NCBI GenBank assembly: GCA_002269645.1
Contig: NIVC01001280.1
Location: 186,001 to 250,000 of the forward strand
Direction: 5' to 3'
Length of the DNA stretch: 64,000 bases
DNA from: Macrostomum lignano
Lineage: Eukaryota
Made by a program: the position numbers and the translations under genes. Positions 26,401-40,400 of the stretch are shown piece after piece. Every line of letters starts with the position of its first letter. The stretch's first letter is position 1. The notes under the pieces were generated by a model, which did not search any database, had not been told where the DNA came from, and saw nothing but the letters and a program-made list of their open reading frames with translations.

Positions 26401-29400
26401 GATTAAAAAGTCTGAAAACAAAGGTACGATCATAAATTACTCTGGCACGAATCCCTTGCCTTCCGTTTTCTCGAATTGGTAGCGGAGTTATATAATTATT
26501 TTTAATTATACTTACAAAACTTCATGGACTGCTGAGGTTCGCAACTAATCAGGATGTGGATGTGTGTACTTTAGCCAACTGCCCTGAATAAAACTTCATG
26601 GAAAAACTGTTCACCTCATTTCATCCATCGGGTATTAATGGTGCTGCAAGCACTCGATGCCATTATCTCATCACTCATCAGTGAGAAGCGAGCCGCTCCT
26701 GGGCGATTCGCTTATTTCGGCGTTCGCTGCGCTCTGTGGTGACCGGAACATCTCATAAAAACGTCTGCTCAAACCTCATCTATGTCCAGATTCACCGGCC
26801 TTGTTTTATCAGCTTTCGGATCACCTAGAGATTGTGGCGAGTGACTTTTTAGAGCCTTTGCCCCTACATGATAATTTACATGAATTTCCATTTCCACTAT
26901 TTGTGAAATCGCCAGGACCCCCTTGAGTTTTGTGATTTTTTGTGAATAGTGAGTTTTTAGCAGCTAATTCTTGACTCATGGTTTCGCAATATGCTCTGCG
27001 CCATTGTAAAATTCGCATGCACAGAGAAGAAAACGTATTCCAGGTGACAAAGAAGTGATTTGAATTGAATACTTAAAAAAACTATTCGACACACAGCGAA
27101 AGTCAAGCCCGATTATTATGTGAAATGCCACCCATCCTATAGGTCAATAAGCAAATATAACACTGTTAAAGATCATTATTCGAATCCAGAGTCACTTCGA
27201 AGCATCTGAATAATCTGTACTAACCAAAGCAAGAGCGGCTACCCAGAAAGGTTTTGGCATGCTATTTTCACTGGGTAATAAATGCTCGTATCAAAAAGGA
27301 AATCATTCCAGTCGCTGTGATGAACGAGACTTACATTATGAATGATGATGAGAATAAAGCTTGCACATTGGATATGTGTAAAAATTGTAAAACTTAGGAT
27401 TTGGATAAAATCGCAAAACTGTTTACCTCTTCAGTTCGGTGAAATTCGGCATTCGTAAATTTGTCATGAAAAATGATTTCTGTATGTACGCTAAATGATT
27501 ATTCCTTGATTTTGAAATGATTTGTTGCTAGAATTTTTTATTAAGGATTAAGAAGTGGACTGAGTGAAATAGGCTCAAGATTGGCCACGATAATCCGTGG
27601 TATCCCTAAACTGCTGCAGTGAAAATGAGGAGGAGAAAATCGCTCGACAGCAGATGGAGGCGGAGGCGGACATCCAGCGCTACAAGCAGGAGAAGCAGAG
27701 ACAGATGCTGGAGAGGCAGCTGGAGAAGCGTCAGGTTGTTCCCAACAGTTTATTTTATTTCACATTCTTCTACTGAAAGTAGTAGTTATGCTTATCACTT
27801 TATTACAGGATATGCACATGCTCAGCAATTACAATCCGTGGGGCCGACCAGGCCATGGTGCCCCCAGGGGCGTCGACTCGGAGGTCCTGAAGAAGCAGAA
27901 GTTTCTGGAGCAAGATGTGCCATCGGACCAGCCGGAAGAGCAAGGGGTAAGGGGATCAGATGGAATACCCCAAAAATAAGCAATCTGATTTCATATAAAA
28001 TAATAGCCACTAAATTAAGCTCTCGATGGCTAGAATGTCATTGGCAACACTCGAGGGCAACACTAAATACAGCCTCGGACATTCTAGCCGTAGAATTCTT
28101 AATAAATGACTATTATAAATTATATATACATAACTCACGGCATGTGAGGCGCGATGGATCTATACAGCGAGCGGAGATTAATTTCTCCGCCGGAGATAAA
28201 CTCGAGCTAAATATAGATGTAGCTCGTATATATTTGCGCATAATTCCGTTGTCTATGGTGTAGCGGAGATAAGCTACTGATAACCTCCGGCGAACAGTCA
28301 GTCAGTCAGTCAGTCAGTCAGTCAGTCAGTCAGTCAGTCAGTCAGCCAGTCAGTCAGTCAGTCAGTCAGTCAGTCAGTCAGTCAGTCAGTCAGTCAGTCA
28401 GTCAGTCAGTCAGTCAGTCAGTCAGTCAGTCAGTCAGTCAAAGACCTGGTGGAGTCACTCACGCTTAAAAAATCGCGCATGCGAATTCAGCTATACATTA
28501 TTCTGTTCTTTACCTGCCCAATGACACTGCATATTTACAGCAAGCCGGTTTTTTTATCTCCATCCCTTCATACTCTGTTTAGCGGTGTACAGCGGGGTAT
28601 GAGTTTAAACTACACTTAGCACCTCAGCGCATGGAATTCCTCCCAAATGAACCCACAGCTACCTTTTAATCGACCTGGTCATGGAGCTCCTATAAGAACA
28701 GAGAGTGGCGAGCTGCTGACACAGGTTCCAGGCGACCCCATGATCCGCTTCCAGGAAGTCAAGAAAGGTCGGGATCCCATCGATCCAATCCGGTACAAAA
28801 ATCCGAACGGCCAGGAGTACGCCAGAGAGCTAGGTAGGCGATGATTTTTTATTCACTTTGCAATTTTTGACCAAAAGGTTTTTACAGGAAATCTAAATGA
28901 TAGACTTTAACTCATTCAGACCATCATATGCAGCAACAAGCGATGCTGCGCGAGGTCGAGAGACAGCATGAGCTAAAGGAAGAGCTGCAAACGGTTTGTT
29001 CTTTAAACATATTTGACTCTTTCAGCTTATTTAGATGCATTTAATTATTTGCATTACCATTAATTGTCATTTTCTTTTAAGTACAGTGGTTAGTATAAGT
29101 GTCACTCATTCTCATCCATTGCAGTTGCAGTATGATCCATACGGAAAACCTGGTGCTGGAGCACCAAACCAATTGCTGCAGGTGCAGAAGAAGATTGGCC
29201 GAGTAAGATATTAATATTAATTTTGATAATATTGGCCGAGTAAGGCAAAAGGAAACTACGAGCGTAGTAGTATTATATTGAATAATACCTTTCTTACCGA
29301 GTTGTGTACCAAGAGATGAGCAGTTTAGTGAGGACATATTTTTAAGAGGACCGCAAATGATAATAATACTGAGATATTGCAGACACTGCAATAATGGCTT

Positions 29401-32400
29401 TGCTTAAAGAAAGTTTTTTTGTTTGCTGAGTAGTAACAGAAAAAAGCAGCAAAATGCGCTGTTTTGATCATCATAGTAGCGTCACAGCAGTAGTCAAAAT
29501 TACTTTCAATTTCTTGAACAATGGATTAACCTTTTGATCAATTTTATGATAAATCATTTAGCTCGCACGATAGATTGACCCCGAACGAGGGCAGGACTGA
29601 GGGACTGTGCGGGGAGGATGTAAATGATCAGCTGAGGGAAATTCTGAGGGAAGGATGCTGAGAGGGAGTTATTCTGAGGGCGGCTGATGCTGATGCTAAT
29701 GAGTGGGAGTGATACTGAGAGGATAGGGAGTGATGCTGAGAGGGAGTGGCTCAGTTGTATAAAACTTTATTACAGTATAGTATTTGATTGTAAAGTGCAT
29801 TTTGTCTGTTAAGTGGGATGTTGACAGGGTTTTCACTGACTGGGAGGGATAAAGACTCAAAAGACTCTAAAGACTCTACTAAAGACTCTACTCAAAAGTC
29901 TAAAAGACTCACTGGCAGGGATTTTACTATGTTGGTGCCGCATAGCGAAGTGTCTAGTCTAGCAACTAATTTGGACTCTGTGGACTCTTTGAAAAGTAAA
30001 ATTCTTAAAACTTTTATATACCCCGACCGTTTCCAGTTCGAGACACACAACCCGGCCAATCCGTTCGGATCGTACGACCCCTGGGGCAAAGGCTATGGCA
30101 CTCCGGTGCGAGACTCGGAGGGCAACGTGCACCGCTACCCGTTCCACGATAAGCGAGACGGCAGTGTGTTGTACCCGCTAGACTCAGAGGCCTACCGTGT
30201 GGCCAGCCAGCAGGCGCAAGCGGCGCCAGGGAATCCTTACACGTTGCCTCGGCTAACTTTTGATGGTGCGACATTCCGTGGTCCCCAAGGGGAGCACATT
30301 CCGCCCTCCCATCGCTACTACGGGGGCTCTGGCGACCCCTACTTTCCCTTTGGCAAGCCCGGTTCCGGGGCGCCCATTGTGGACAGCAAGGGAAACCTCG
30401 TGCCATCCGTTTATGGTGCCATCGAGCATGAAGAGCACGTCTCTGAGAAGCAACGCAAGGCTCTGGCTGCCAGAATTTACTCGCAAGAGCTGCGTGAGTT
30501 TTTCAAACTATTAACATGTAACTGATTCTTCAGTGTAGCATTGAAATGGTGCATAATGTAACGCTATGAATGATACGTGGACGAGTTACATTGCATATTG
30601 TTGAAGGGTGGTAAACTTGAATAATTAATTTGGGCACCGAGCGTAATCAGCTAGTACTTCTCTGGCTCACTCACTCACTAATCAAAGCGTGGATGAGGCA
30701 GTTTTACTATTGATTTTGCCTTAAAACGAATTTCAGAGCAAGAAATGATCGAACAGAGTCTCAGTCGGCGTCTTGAGAAGCAGCAGCGAAGAGCACCGGT
30801 ATGTTCAATCAAAATTTTAGATACTCCTGGGTACTGTCGCATGATATTCAAGGCAGGATCCAATCTGCAATACAGGCGTGTTTAAATTTCAAGGCTAGGC
30901 ATTAACCTAATTACTCCATCAGTCAGAGGTCACATACTATCACGCTCACGTCCTCACGCTGGATTTATTTTCAAACCGCCGCAGGTTGACGACTTCCTGA
31001 CGGAACAGCTGGCTCGAGGAGCGGTGGGCAAGCCGGTGAGGGACCCTCACACCGGATACCTTTTGGATCAGCATCTTCCTTCATCTGACATAACCCACAT
31101 TAATTACAAGACGCCAAGGCACAAGTTCCAGTCTGTCACCGGCTACCAGGTATTTTTTTTTGTTTTTGAAGTGCCAGCTAGATTGTGCCAGTAGTGAAGA
31201 GCTGTATTAAACTTAGTACTTACTCAATTAGGCTTCGAATAAAACTGCATTAGCATGAAGTTTCGGGAACTGAGTAAGCTGTGTCATGATTAGTCATCAG
31301 AATCACAGCATAGGTCAAAATTCAATCCTGTTTGCGACTTCAGCACCTGCCAGCGTTTGTTGATGACGCAGGCACCTACGGCACCGACCTGCAGCGTGCA
31401 GCAGAGGAGCGAGCGGCACTGCGGCAGCTGGAGCGTCTACAAGACGTTCAGGAGGCGAACCAACACGCCAACACCTTCGAGGGAATGTTCGGCCGCCCTG
31501 GCGCTGGCGCGCCGTACCAGCCCACTAATCGAAAGGCAAACCTGCAGGAGGTGCTGCATCACCCAGATTCCCAGGTGAGTACTTGAGTAAATTTTTTGCT
31601 TCTTGATTGACTGATTTTTCAGTAATGCAGTTTTTTATTGGCTCACTATCAATTTCATTTTCGATTTCAGGGGGAGTCTAGTTTAGTCTTGAAGCCTTTT
31701 GTAGATTTGCGAAAAATTAAGTTGCCGTCTCCTTTTAACGAATTAAATTGCATAAAAAAGATTCGTTATTAGTTCAGCAACTCCTTAAACACGAGCTAAT
31801 TAATTCACAGATTTAGTTATGTAGATAGTGCTAATTAGCTAAGAGGCCTTAGCCTTAGCCTTCGCTTCTTCAGCCATTTTCAAGTAAAGCTTTTTAATTT
31901 ACCGAATATCTGCATATACTTCAGTGGTGAATTTACAAATTATATATTAGTTCTATTCATGCCTTTTTATCCTGCTTTGTAAATTTCCGCTCCAACGCTC
32001 ACATGTTAAATTGCTACTCAAATCATATTACTAGCACCAGTGTATTCTTAGTTCATATTTACGAGCGTATTTAAAGCTTCAGCTTAAGTCTTGCTGGGCA
32101 AGAAGTAACTGCAGTTGAAGTCGCTCTTAGCTGTTAGCCAAGCAAAGTGATTCTATAAAATGTATCCTGGGAGAACCTGGATCATTTTAGCCAGTTGTTT
32201 TGTCAAAAGCATTTAACGTTGAAAAATTCATGACAACGGTGGTGGAGAAATGCAGTTTTCATTTGGAAATGTTTCCATGCCATCTCATCCGTTTTCTCTT
32301 TAAAATACCGCCTTTGTTAAATAACCAGCGGCGATTCTGGATCTGGATGCAATTTAATCTTGTAGCTCCAGCTTCATCCACATTCGTCACTCTAACCGCT

Positions 32401-32646
32401 TTGCCCACAACTTGCAGAGGAACGAGTACCGCAAGGCCGTGAGCCACTCGCTGCCAGTGCCCAGCACCGTGTTCGTCAGGAACAATGTGAACAGCACCCA
32501 TGAGAACCGCTATGAGGCCGCAGCTGCCCTCGCAAGCCAGGGCGAGGTGAGTGGGTAGTGTCCAGGCTTATATTGTAATCGAATTTTGTTAAAAAATTTT
32601 TGAATACCTTGGGTGATTTTAGGCCAGAGCCGCTGGGCAATCCTAA
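23443..32646 (+). CDS. CSPP1/CCDC66-like ciliary/centrosomal protein with repeated PxG(K/R)PGxGAP motifs and short coiled coils (about 680 aa including the putative 17751 exon)
   Basis: Phase-consistent GT-AG exons: 23443-23589, 25340-25439, 26042-26092, 27620-27734, 27809-27946, 28620-28833, 28920-28993, 29125-29202, 30037-30493, 30737-30798, 30985-31149, 31344-31574, 32418-32546, 32623-32646 (the last is tentative). Motifs YNPWGRPGHGAP, PFNRPGHGAP, YDPYGKPGAGAP, YDPWGKGYGTP, PFGKPGSGAP and MFGRPGAGAP resemble the PWG(R/K)(P/G)GGGAP motif of CSPP1/CCDC66. Orthology is uncertain. Confidence 0.8.
23948..24434. mobile_element. Non-autonomous hAT (Charlie-like) element, 487 bp, carrying a CT-rich tract of about 330 nt
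   Basis: TIRs CAGGGGTCGGCAA / TTGCCAACCCCTG. Perfect 8-bp TSD catgagac (23940-23947, 24435-24442). Confidence 0.9.
28295..28440. repeat. (CAGT)n microsatellite, about 36 units; possibly part of a Helentron/DINE-like non-autonomous element
   Basis: Near-perfect tetranucleotide array with one cagc variant. Preceded by hairpin-forming ggag/ctcc segments and followed by gagtcactcacgcttaaaaaa. The element assignment is tentative. Confidence 0.9.
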
Positions 32647-34835
32647 GTTTCTGCCGCTGTTCGTCTGACCTCGAGCTGCATCGCCTCATTCGTTAGAAAG
32701 TTGCGCTCTAAGAACAAGGCTGCAAGCTGTCGCCTTTTCAGACGCAATGAGATCTCCAGCTAACTTATACTACGTAAAAATGCAAAATTTATAATTTAAT
32801 TGTACTAACGTTTTCTTTAACTTCGTGTACTACAACTAGAGTAACATTTTCAACAATTTCCCCTCAAACGGTGTCAGCTTTAAGAAATCAGCAGTAAGTC
32901 CCATCGAGACGTGTCAGTAAAATGCGAATGCCTATTTTTCTATTTTATGGCATAAAAGCACTAGATTTCTCAGATTTGCAGAGTGTATTGCTTGTCAATA
33001 ACTGAACTTTACTATTCAGATAATTTTTTACATTTTACCTGTGTAAATTATTACAGTTTGTCTTCCTAGCAATCACAAACGTTTTTAAACTAAAATATTA
33101 TATTGCTATTGGAATTCCGATTAACTACAGTGACCATGGACAGCAGACCCTTGCTCAATTCCAAAAAATCCCATTAAATTTTTGTTGAAACTTGCACCTC
33201 TTCCATTTTTTGGATTTAATGGCTTCTTGCTTGGGGGATTTTGGGGAACACTGCCAAGGGCGCAGAAAAGAGAGGAAATAGTATGTATAACTTAATCTTT
33301 CAACAATTAGAAAGCTGATTAATTCAAATGCTTCAAGCGCAGACTTCAGATTACGCTTTTTGTCTTTAATCAACAGTTGCTCAGCATGTTTCCATCTTCT
33401 CGCTTCAAACCCACGTCTGAAATTTGATAGCTTGATTGATCAACACAAATTTGCTACATGTACATTTAATGCTTAATTTAATGTTTAATGTTTAATGCTC
33501 GACTAGGACTCTCGAGTCTCCTGAAGTCTGCACAGTAAATAATGTCAAGAATTTTCTCATTCACCTGATTGAAAAGTGCCACATAGTGATATAAAATAAC
33601 CCGGCTCAGACCCCCCAAAAACACCGACAGGGATCCCAAGGTACAGCGCGGCCAAGACTCTAAAATACGTAGGCCTGTCGAGTCCCCAAAATACCGTTCA
33701 AACTACCTCGTACTTCCATCAAGTCATATTTTTAAAGACACGTGCGTATTAAGGGAAAATATGGTGTCAAGAGGTACTAATGGAAAAAAGTGAAAATATA
33801 AAAAGGTGAACCTGTTGGCGAACCCAACTCTGATCCTATTCTCGCTCTGGTAGGCGATACTTGAGCTGCTCACGGCCAACAGTTTGTAATTATTGTTTTT
33901 ATTGCCACCTGCCCGAGAACCATTATAGCAGTATGAGTACATGCAAATGTTTGTAACACTGCAATCGTATCAGTTCTTATTAAAGCAATATTTTGGTTGT
34001 ACACTTTATGAGTGCCAGCAAATGCTCTGCTTTCTTAATTTAGTCGAAATCGAAAATCGAAAAAATCTGTCGTGTATCCAGTTTATGTCTTCGGAATTGC
34101 AAATAATGAAAGTTTGTCTGTTTTCAGCACCTGCAGTGCGTGCATGGAAAGCTTATTTATTGAATTTTATATTCACTCTCGGACACTGAAAAGTATTCAC
34201 CCTGATCTAGTGAGCCATTTCTCTCCCATCGCAACTGCAAGTTACGCAATGGCATCCCGCGTGGGGAACGGTATTATATTCAATTGCACACTCTAGGAAA
34301 GCCGCCGCAGAGACTATACTGTGAGGAGCTAATCAGGAGGAGCTACGAGCGCGTAAATTGCTAATCAGGACATTTCTAGCTCGTAAAAGAAATGGTCTGA
34401 AATTTATGGGAATCATTCTTGACTATATTATCAGGTCATATGAAAAGTTTGTCAAAGTTGCAATTTAATCATTAAAAAGGGTACTGTTGTGCGGAATTGG
34501 TTGATACACTCTGTATTATTGAAGCTGCATTATTATTGTTTATAAAACTCGTTTTTGTGATTGTTTAGAACTACGAGTATTTACCTAATTTACCTAATTT
34601 ACCTAATTTAAGTTCGACAAATGATGGAAAAAGAAGAGACGCATTGTTTTGGTTTAATCCTTCTGCTTTTTTCATGGACAGGAAAAAATCAACCTTTGTT
34701 CAACATGAGAAATTGTGTCTGCAGCTGGGTCAGTATGGGTGTAAGTACTATCAGTTTTGCTTAAAGTGCATGGACGAGCTTGAGTTTGGCGCTTTTAGCA
34801 AATTTTTTTCTTGGTTGAATTTTGCGAAAGTACCG

Positions 34836-35208
34836 CTATACGATAACGTCGCTATTGAGGTCTCTTAGGAGTCGGGCCGCGAAGGGATCTCCAAACCTCA
34901 AAGCGATGAGATTCATCAACAGAAAGGCGTCCGGTGAGAAGTGGCTGAGAGTTCCACTCACGGCAGTCTGATCACATGAATCTCCCAGTAGTGCCAGCCA
35001 CAGGCGGGCGGAGCTGGCTCGCTGCCAGTACGAGAGCCGCGCGCACCACACGATAATGTTGGTTAGGAGCGCTGTCAGCAGCAGGCAGCACCAGAACCAT
35101 AGGAATATGTACACCTTTTCGTTCAGCATGTTGGCTGGCAGTACACATTGCACTGAGTACGTGTGCGACTGACCGACTCGGCGAACTGTGAAGTCGCACC
35201 AGGCTACC
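34836..35208 (-). CDS. Innexin, exon 2 (EL2, TM4, C-tail)
   Basis: The cag| acceptor gives FP-R-VAWCDF, then VQCVLPANMLNEKVYIFLWFW, the conserved innexin EL2/TM4 motifs. Stop TAG at 34836-34838. Confidence 0.92.
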
Positions 35209-35965
35209 CTGTGGACGGGTTGGGGCAATAGCTTTAGTGAGCGAATGCAAACTGATGAGTGAATGAAGCCAGTACGAGGTTAGACGAGAAAATTTTACGC
35301 AGAACTGTGCTAATATTAGAAGTGGTTGGTGAGATTTTTGTTTTTGTGCGATCGCAAACCATAAATTGATTCAAATTTCAGCTAGCAAGCTGAACAGAGC
35401 TGACCATGAACACCAAAAAGGGTTCGGCGTCCGTCGTATGCTCTATCCTATAATTTTTTGGATAGCTTATGGCCATGATTGGTATCACGAGTGTCGAAAA
35501 ACTCCATGAAATCTAAGTAAAAATAGTGGGTATTGTTGGAAAAATTGTTAGAAATGTTTGTACGTCGGAATCCTCAGGGCTAATTTTGTCTTAAGTTTTT
35601 ATTGAATTACGAGTATCGGCTAGCACCTCGCGTGATCATGGCTGGATCCGAGCCCAGGATCGACAGTGGGGGCCGCGGGGTGCAAAAAATCTGCGTTCGC
35701 CTGGTGTAGAGGGCCGGGCAGTCGCAGAGCCAGTGGAAAATGGTATCGTCCTCCACCGGTCGCAAGTGGCGGGCACGGCCGAATTCTGGACGACATGGTA
35801 GGCTCTGAGTGCCGTGGCGTGACTGGAGCGGAGTTAGGCCAGTAGCTTCTAATCGACCCGCAAGGTGACGACCTCACGGTCGCGGGTGCTGAAACGTGCT
35901 GATAGACATCCCGGCTGCGTTCGTGGGCCGCCGGTGGGTCGCTGAGGACTCGCTGACAGACAGCA

Positions 35966-36307
35966 ACAACAACAACAACAACAAAGTACGCTGTCAGGTG
36001 GAAAAAAGCAGCGTCACAGGGCACGCTTCAGAGCCTGGGCGCGAAAAAATGGCCGCACCGCCGGCAGAGTCCGGGGCGCAGCGTCAGCCAGCAGGCAGTC
36101 AACGAAACGTCGAGATCGGGCCTGGCCGCGCCGGTAGGCTGCCTGCAGCGTTAGCAGCAGCACCTCCTGCACCGGCTGCGGGCAGTAGGACTCGGCGCGG
36201 ATGATGTGGTCTGCCAGCTGGAGTCGCCGAAGTCGCAGCAGATCACTTGGACGGGCCAGGCCGGCGCGACGATAGAGTGCCGCCTTAGTGATCCGCTCGT
36301 CGCTGAT
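35966..36307 (-). mobile_element. RTE-clade 3' fragment (same family as 12084-13588) nested in the Ingi-like LINE
   Basis: ERITKAALYRRAGLARPSDLLRLRRLQLADH with a (CAA)n tail. 13-bp TSD ctgacagacagca (35953-35965, 36308-36320). Confidence 0.9.
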
Positions 36308-37469
36308 CTGACAGACAGCAGAAGCGGCACAGAACGAGACAGGGGCGGCTCGAGTGGACAAGGCACAGCTTTAGCCAAACGGTCGGCGTGCTCGTTGCCA
36401 GGGATGCCGCAGTGGCCGGGCACCCATTAGACGGCGATGTCCGCGTCAGTCAGGGCCAGCGCCAGCAGGGCGTGGCCGATAACACGGTTGGTGGCAGCGA
36501 GTGCGTCGACCAGGCTGCGGCTGTCCGAGCAGATGACAACAGATGGGGGTGCTGGCGCTGGCGTGCACCCATTCCAGGGCGGCGATCAGAGTAGCGACTT
36601 CCTCGTCGAAGCTGGACGTGACGAGCGAGCTGCGGTGGGCCTCGGCATGGATGACCGTCAGGTTGGCCGGATCGCCCTCCGTGATCACGAAGGCGTGGCC
36701 CCCGGCGATCGTGCCTCCGGTCGCAAAGCAGTCGGTGTAGACTGCCCAGGCCGGTGGGGACAGCGAGGCAACGAGCTCCCGGATGCGATCGGTGGCGGCG
36801 CTGCAGATGAGATCCGGTTCGATTGGCGTGGCGGACGTCGATAGGTTGCAGCAAAAACTGCGGAGCCTCCCGAGAGGCTGGGAGGGGGTAGGCGCGCTCT
36901 ACGGGAAGAAAGGTTGACGAGGATCGATGTTGGTCGGCAAGACTTCGCTGAGCTGCGAAGCCGCAAGCCGCTAGCTGGGGCGAACGAGGCGATGGATGCA
37001 TGGTGGTCCCCCCGAGGCGGCGCGGCGCCACGGGTGGTCGTCGGGAAGCATTTCTCCCACGACCACGCCAGAAGGCGCCTGGCGTGCATGCCGTAGCTGA
37101 CAACACCGGCCTCCAGCCGGAGAGCCTCGACCGGCGTAGTCTGCAGCTGGCCGGAAATGCGGTGGAGGGCGCGGTTCTAGGTGCGCTCGAGCTCATCGCG
37201 GCGAGATTCACTGACCTAGGGCTGCCAGGCCGGCGCGACATAGTCCATCATGATTGATGAGCGCGTTGAAGACGGTCAGGAACTTCTCCTTGCGCCAGCC
37301 CCAGTCGTGATTGGCAAGAGCGGCCAGCATGTTGCAGTGGGCACGACGAGCCTTGGCAATTACGTCACAGACGTGAGGACCGAAACTCAGCGTCCTGTCG
37401 AGGATGACGCCAAGGAAGCGCGGGTTGGGGACCACTGACAGGGGCGTGCCCTCGAGCAGGATCTGGGGC

Positions 37470-40400
37470 CTACCAACGGTACACGCTTCCCGTGGGGGTG
37501 TTTTCGCGGGGCGACCCGCACAAATTGTTCCGGATCCACTCACACTCGTGATAAGATAGCGCAACCGACCGTGACCTGAATAAATATGTCCCACCTGCAC
37601 GCCACAATATCCGTGAGGACATTAAGGCCACCTTTAGCCCGGGCGTGATCATCCCTCGGCCCCCGCACCCTCATCGCAGGTGACCTCAACGCTCCCGCCA
37701 CCTGCTGGGACCCTATCAACGTGAGGACCAGCTAGGTAGTGCGATTAAAGAATGGACGACCAACTGCAGCCTGTCGATTCTCAATAACGGAGCCCACACC
37801 CGCCTTAATCCAGCGACCGGCGGGAAATCAACTCCCGACCTCTACATCGTCACGGCTGACTGGCCAGCCCGCGCCGACTGGTGTACTCTTGGAGGCATCG
37901 GCTCTGACCATCTACCGATAGTGGCCAACTTCGACGCCACCGACCCAGTCAAGCCAAAACACTAGCCGCCTCAACTTCAAAAAGGCCGACTGGCAGGCCT
38001 TTTGGACTTACCTTGACTCTAGACTGGCAAGAATTGAGAACCTGCTCAACTCTGTGCGCTGCTTTGCCGAACGCCGCAACCGCCTCATCAACAGGGCTCT
38101 GACCGGAGCGGCCCGCTCGGCCATCCCCTTTGGTAACGGCCCCCGCAAACAACAGCCCTTCTGGAATGAACGCTGCTAGAACGTCTTGATGACCCTGGAT
38201 AACATCCGCCTGTACTCTGATCTCACTCAAACAGGAGGCCACTCGAGTCATCAGAGAGCAAAAGAAAGCTCGACTTCCGCGAGCGGCTCAGCACGATGAG
38301 ACCGTATGGTGACATGTGGAGCTTCGATTAAACGCTTCGATGGGCGCATCCCCAGCTCCAAGCCGGCTGCAGCCTTCGAACGACCGGCCCACGGAAACAT
38401 TCCCCCGGCTAATCGACTCGCGGTTACAGCCCGAGAGAATGCGGAGCATTTCTGCGGAGCCTATGCGGAAGTCTAGAGAATTCCTAAGAACAAGACCGAG
38501 GACCGCCCCATCATGAGGCGCGCCGCGCAGTCTGCACAACTGCACCCGCTCTGAAATTTGTAGCTCGATATCTAACACTGAACTTGAGCTAACCATCAAA
38601 CAGCACAAAAACGGGAAAGCCCCAGGCCCAGATGACATCTGCAATGAGCTGCTACGCCAAGCCTCCCCGCTCGGAAAAAGCCGCCTCCTAGAACTAACTC
38701 ATCAATGATTGCTGGCACCACTCCTGCTGCTTGGAGGCGCGCCGAAATAATCGCTATCCACAAGAAAGGGAAAGACCCTGGACAGCCTGATTCGTACAGA
38801 CCAATCTTTCAGCTCAGCTGCATCGCCAAGTTAGCCAAGCGCAGCCTCCAGAACCGCCTGTTCCACTGGCTCGAATCACGCAACCTGTTCAACAAAAACA
38901 AGGCCGGTTTCCGCAAGGGCCACTCCACCATCGACCAACTGGCCCGCATTACCCAGGGCATATTCGATGCTCTTGAGCAAGGCAAGCCCGAACGCGCCAT
39001 CCTGATCCTTGTAGACTTCTGGACCGAGTTGGGCGATCTGGCCTGTACGCTAAAATGGCCAGGCTTGGCATCCCGGCCCATGTCATCGGCTTCGTCAAGA
39101 ATCTACTCTCAGACCGCCGCGCCACAGTTCGTTGGGACGGTACCTGCTCAAACTGGAGAGTTTTCACTGACGGCCTCCCCCAAGGATCGTTTTTTGCACC
39201 CCTCCTCTGGCTGATCTATGTCAATGATATCGACGACGGCCTCGACGACAGGGTGCTCCGATCCCTCTTCGCTGACGACACGGCAATCCTGATCACTGGC
39301 AGAAGCCTGGCAGAGTGTGCGTGGACCGCGCCCAGCCGGCTCTCGACGCCATCGTTAGCTGGACTTAACGCTGGAAAGTCCAGTTGAGCACCCATAAGTG
39401 CAGCTTCACCTCATTTACACTCAATCCAGCGGAGAGAGGCGGTAAAGTGCGTCCTGCGATCCGTATCAAGAACGAGCCCCTACGCCACGAAGCAGAACCT
39501 ACGTTCTTGTGTCTTAAGTTCGACGACCAGTTGACCTTTTCCAGCCACCTCGACTTGGTCAAATCCAAGATAGCAAATCGCCGCAACTGCCTGCTGGCCA
39601 TCGCAGGCAAACACTTCCGAGCTGCTTAACCGCCTACATCCGATCCATCTTCGACTATGGCTCTTCAATCTACTTCACCCATGCGGCCCTTACGAGCCGC
39701 CGCTACAAACTGGAAGCTAACAGAATAAATGCGCTCGCATCATTACGGGTTGCCATGGCATCACCAACAGGCGGACCCTGCTCGCGGAGGCTGGCCTACC
39801 TTCCCTAGTTCTCAGAGTGCTGAATCAGGCTGCTAGAGAATACGTAATTCAAGAGCAAAGCCGACCTGGAAACGGACCTCCCAGACGAAGATGTCCTGGA
39901 TCTGTCCTTCAAGCCATGCTTTCGGAGGATCAGCCAGTGGCTTATCAGCCTTGCTGTCGGACAACTGGTCCCAAAAAAGCTACCGGCACCTTTGCCACCG
40001 TGGATCCCCTTCCGAAAGAGGTCACCATCGCTACGGACCTGTGCAGAGCTTCGCGGCACTCGAATCCGGCTGCTGATAGACGCCAAGCGGCCATCGAGAC
40101 GATCGTCACCTCCCGCCAGCGGAGTGCACCATCTACACGGACGGCTCCTGCCAACCGGACGGCGCCGCCAGCGGCGGAGGAGCGATTTTCTCCTGGTTTG
40201 ACAGCCTCAAGACGATCTGCATCTCCACTGGCCGTTTCGGGAGTAGCACCACCGCCGAGCTATCTGCCATCATCGCCGCACTGAAATTCGTGACTGACGA
40301 CCCTGACCATCTGGTGGGAGCCACCCACAGGATTTATCTGTTCACCGACTCGCGCGTAGACCTCCTAATCATCTGCCGCGGCCCCCGGACTTTGGACTGT

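Noticed and set aside
29194-29244. 14-bp duplication of a splice donor (attggccgagtaag)
   Set aside because: Too short to show an element footprint; the second donor would include in-frame stops.
29818-30036. N-terminal KDS-repeat part of the 235-aa ORF
   Set aside because: A low-complexity aaagactct repeat; the phase-consistent acceptor at 30036 places it in the intron.
34580-34612. (tttacctaa)3 telomere-like repeat
   Set aside because: Only three 9-bp units and not the TTAGGG register.
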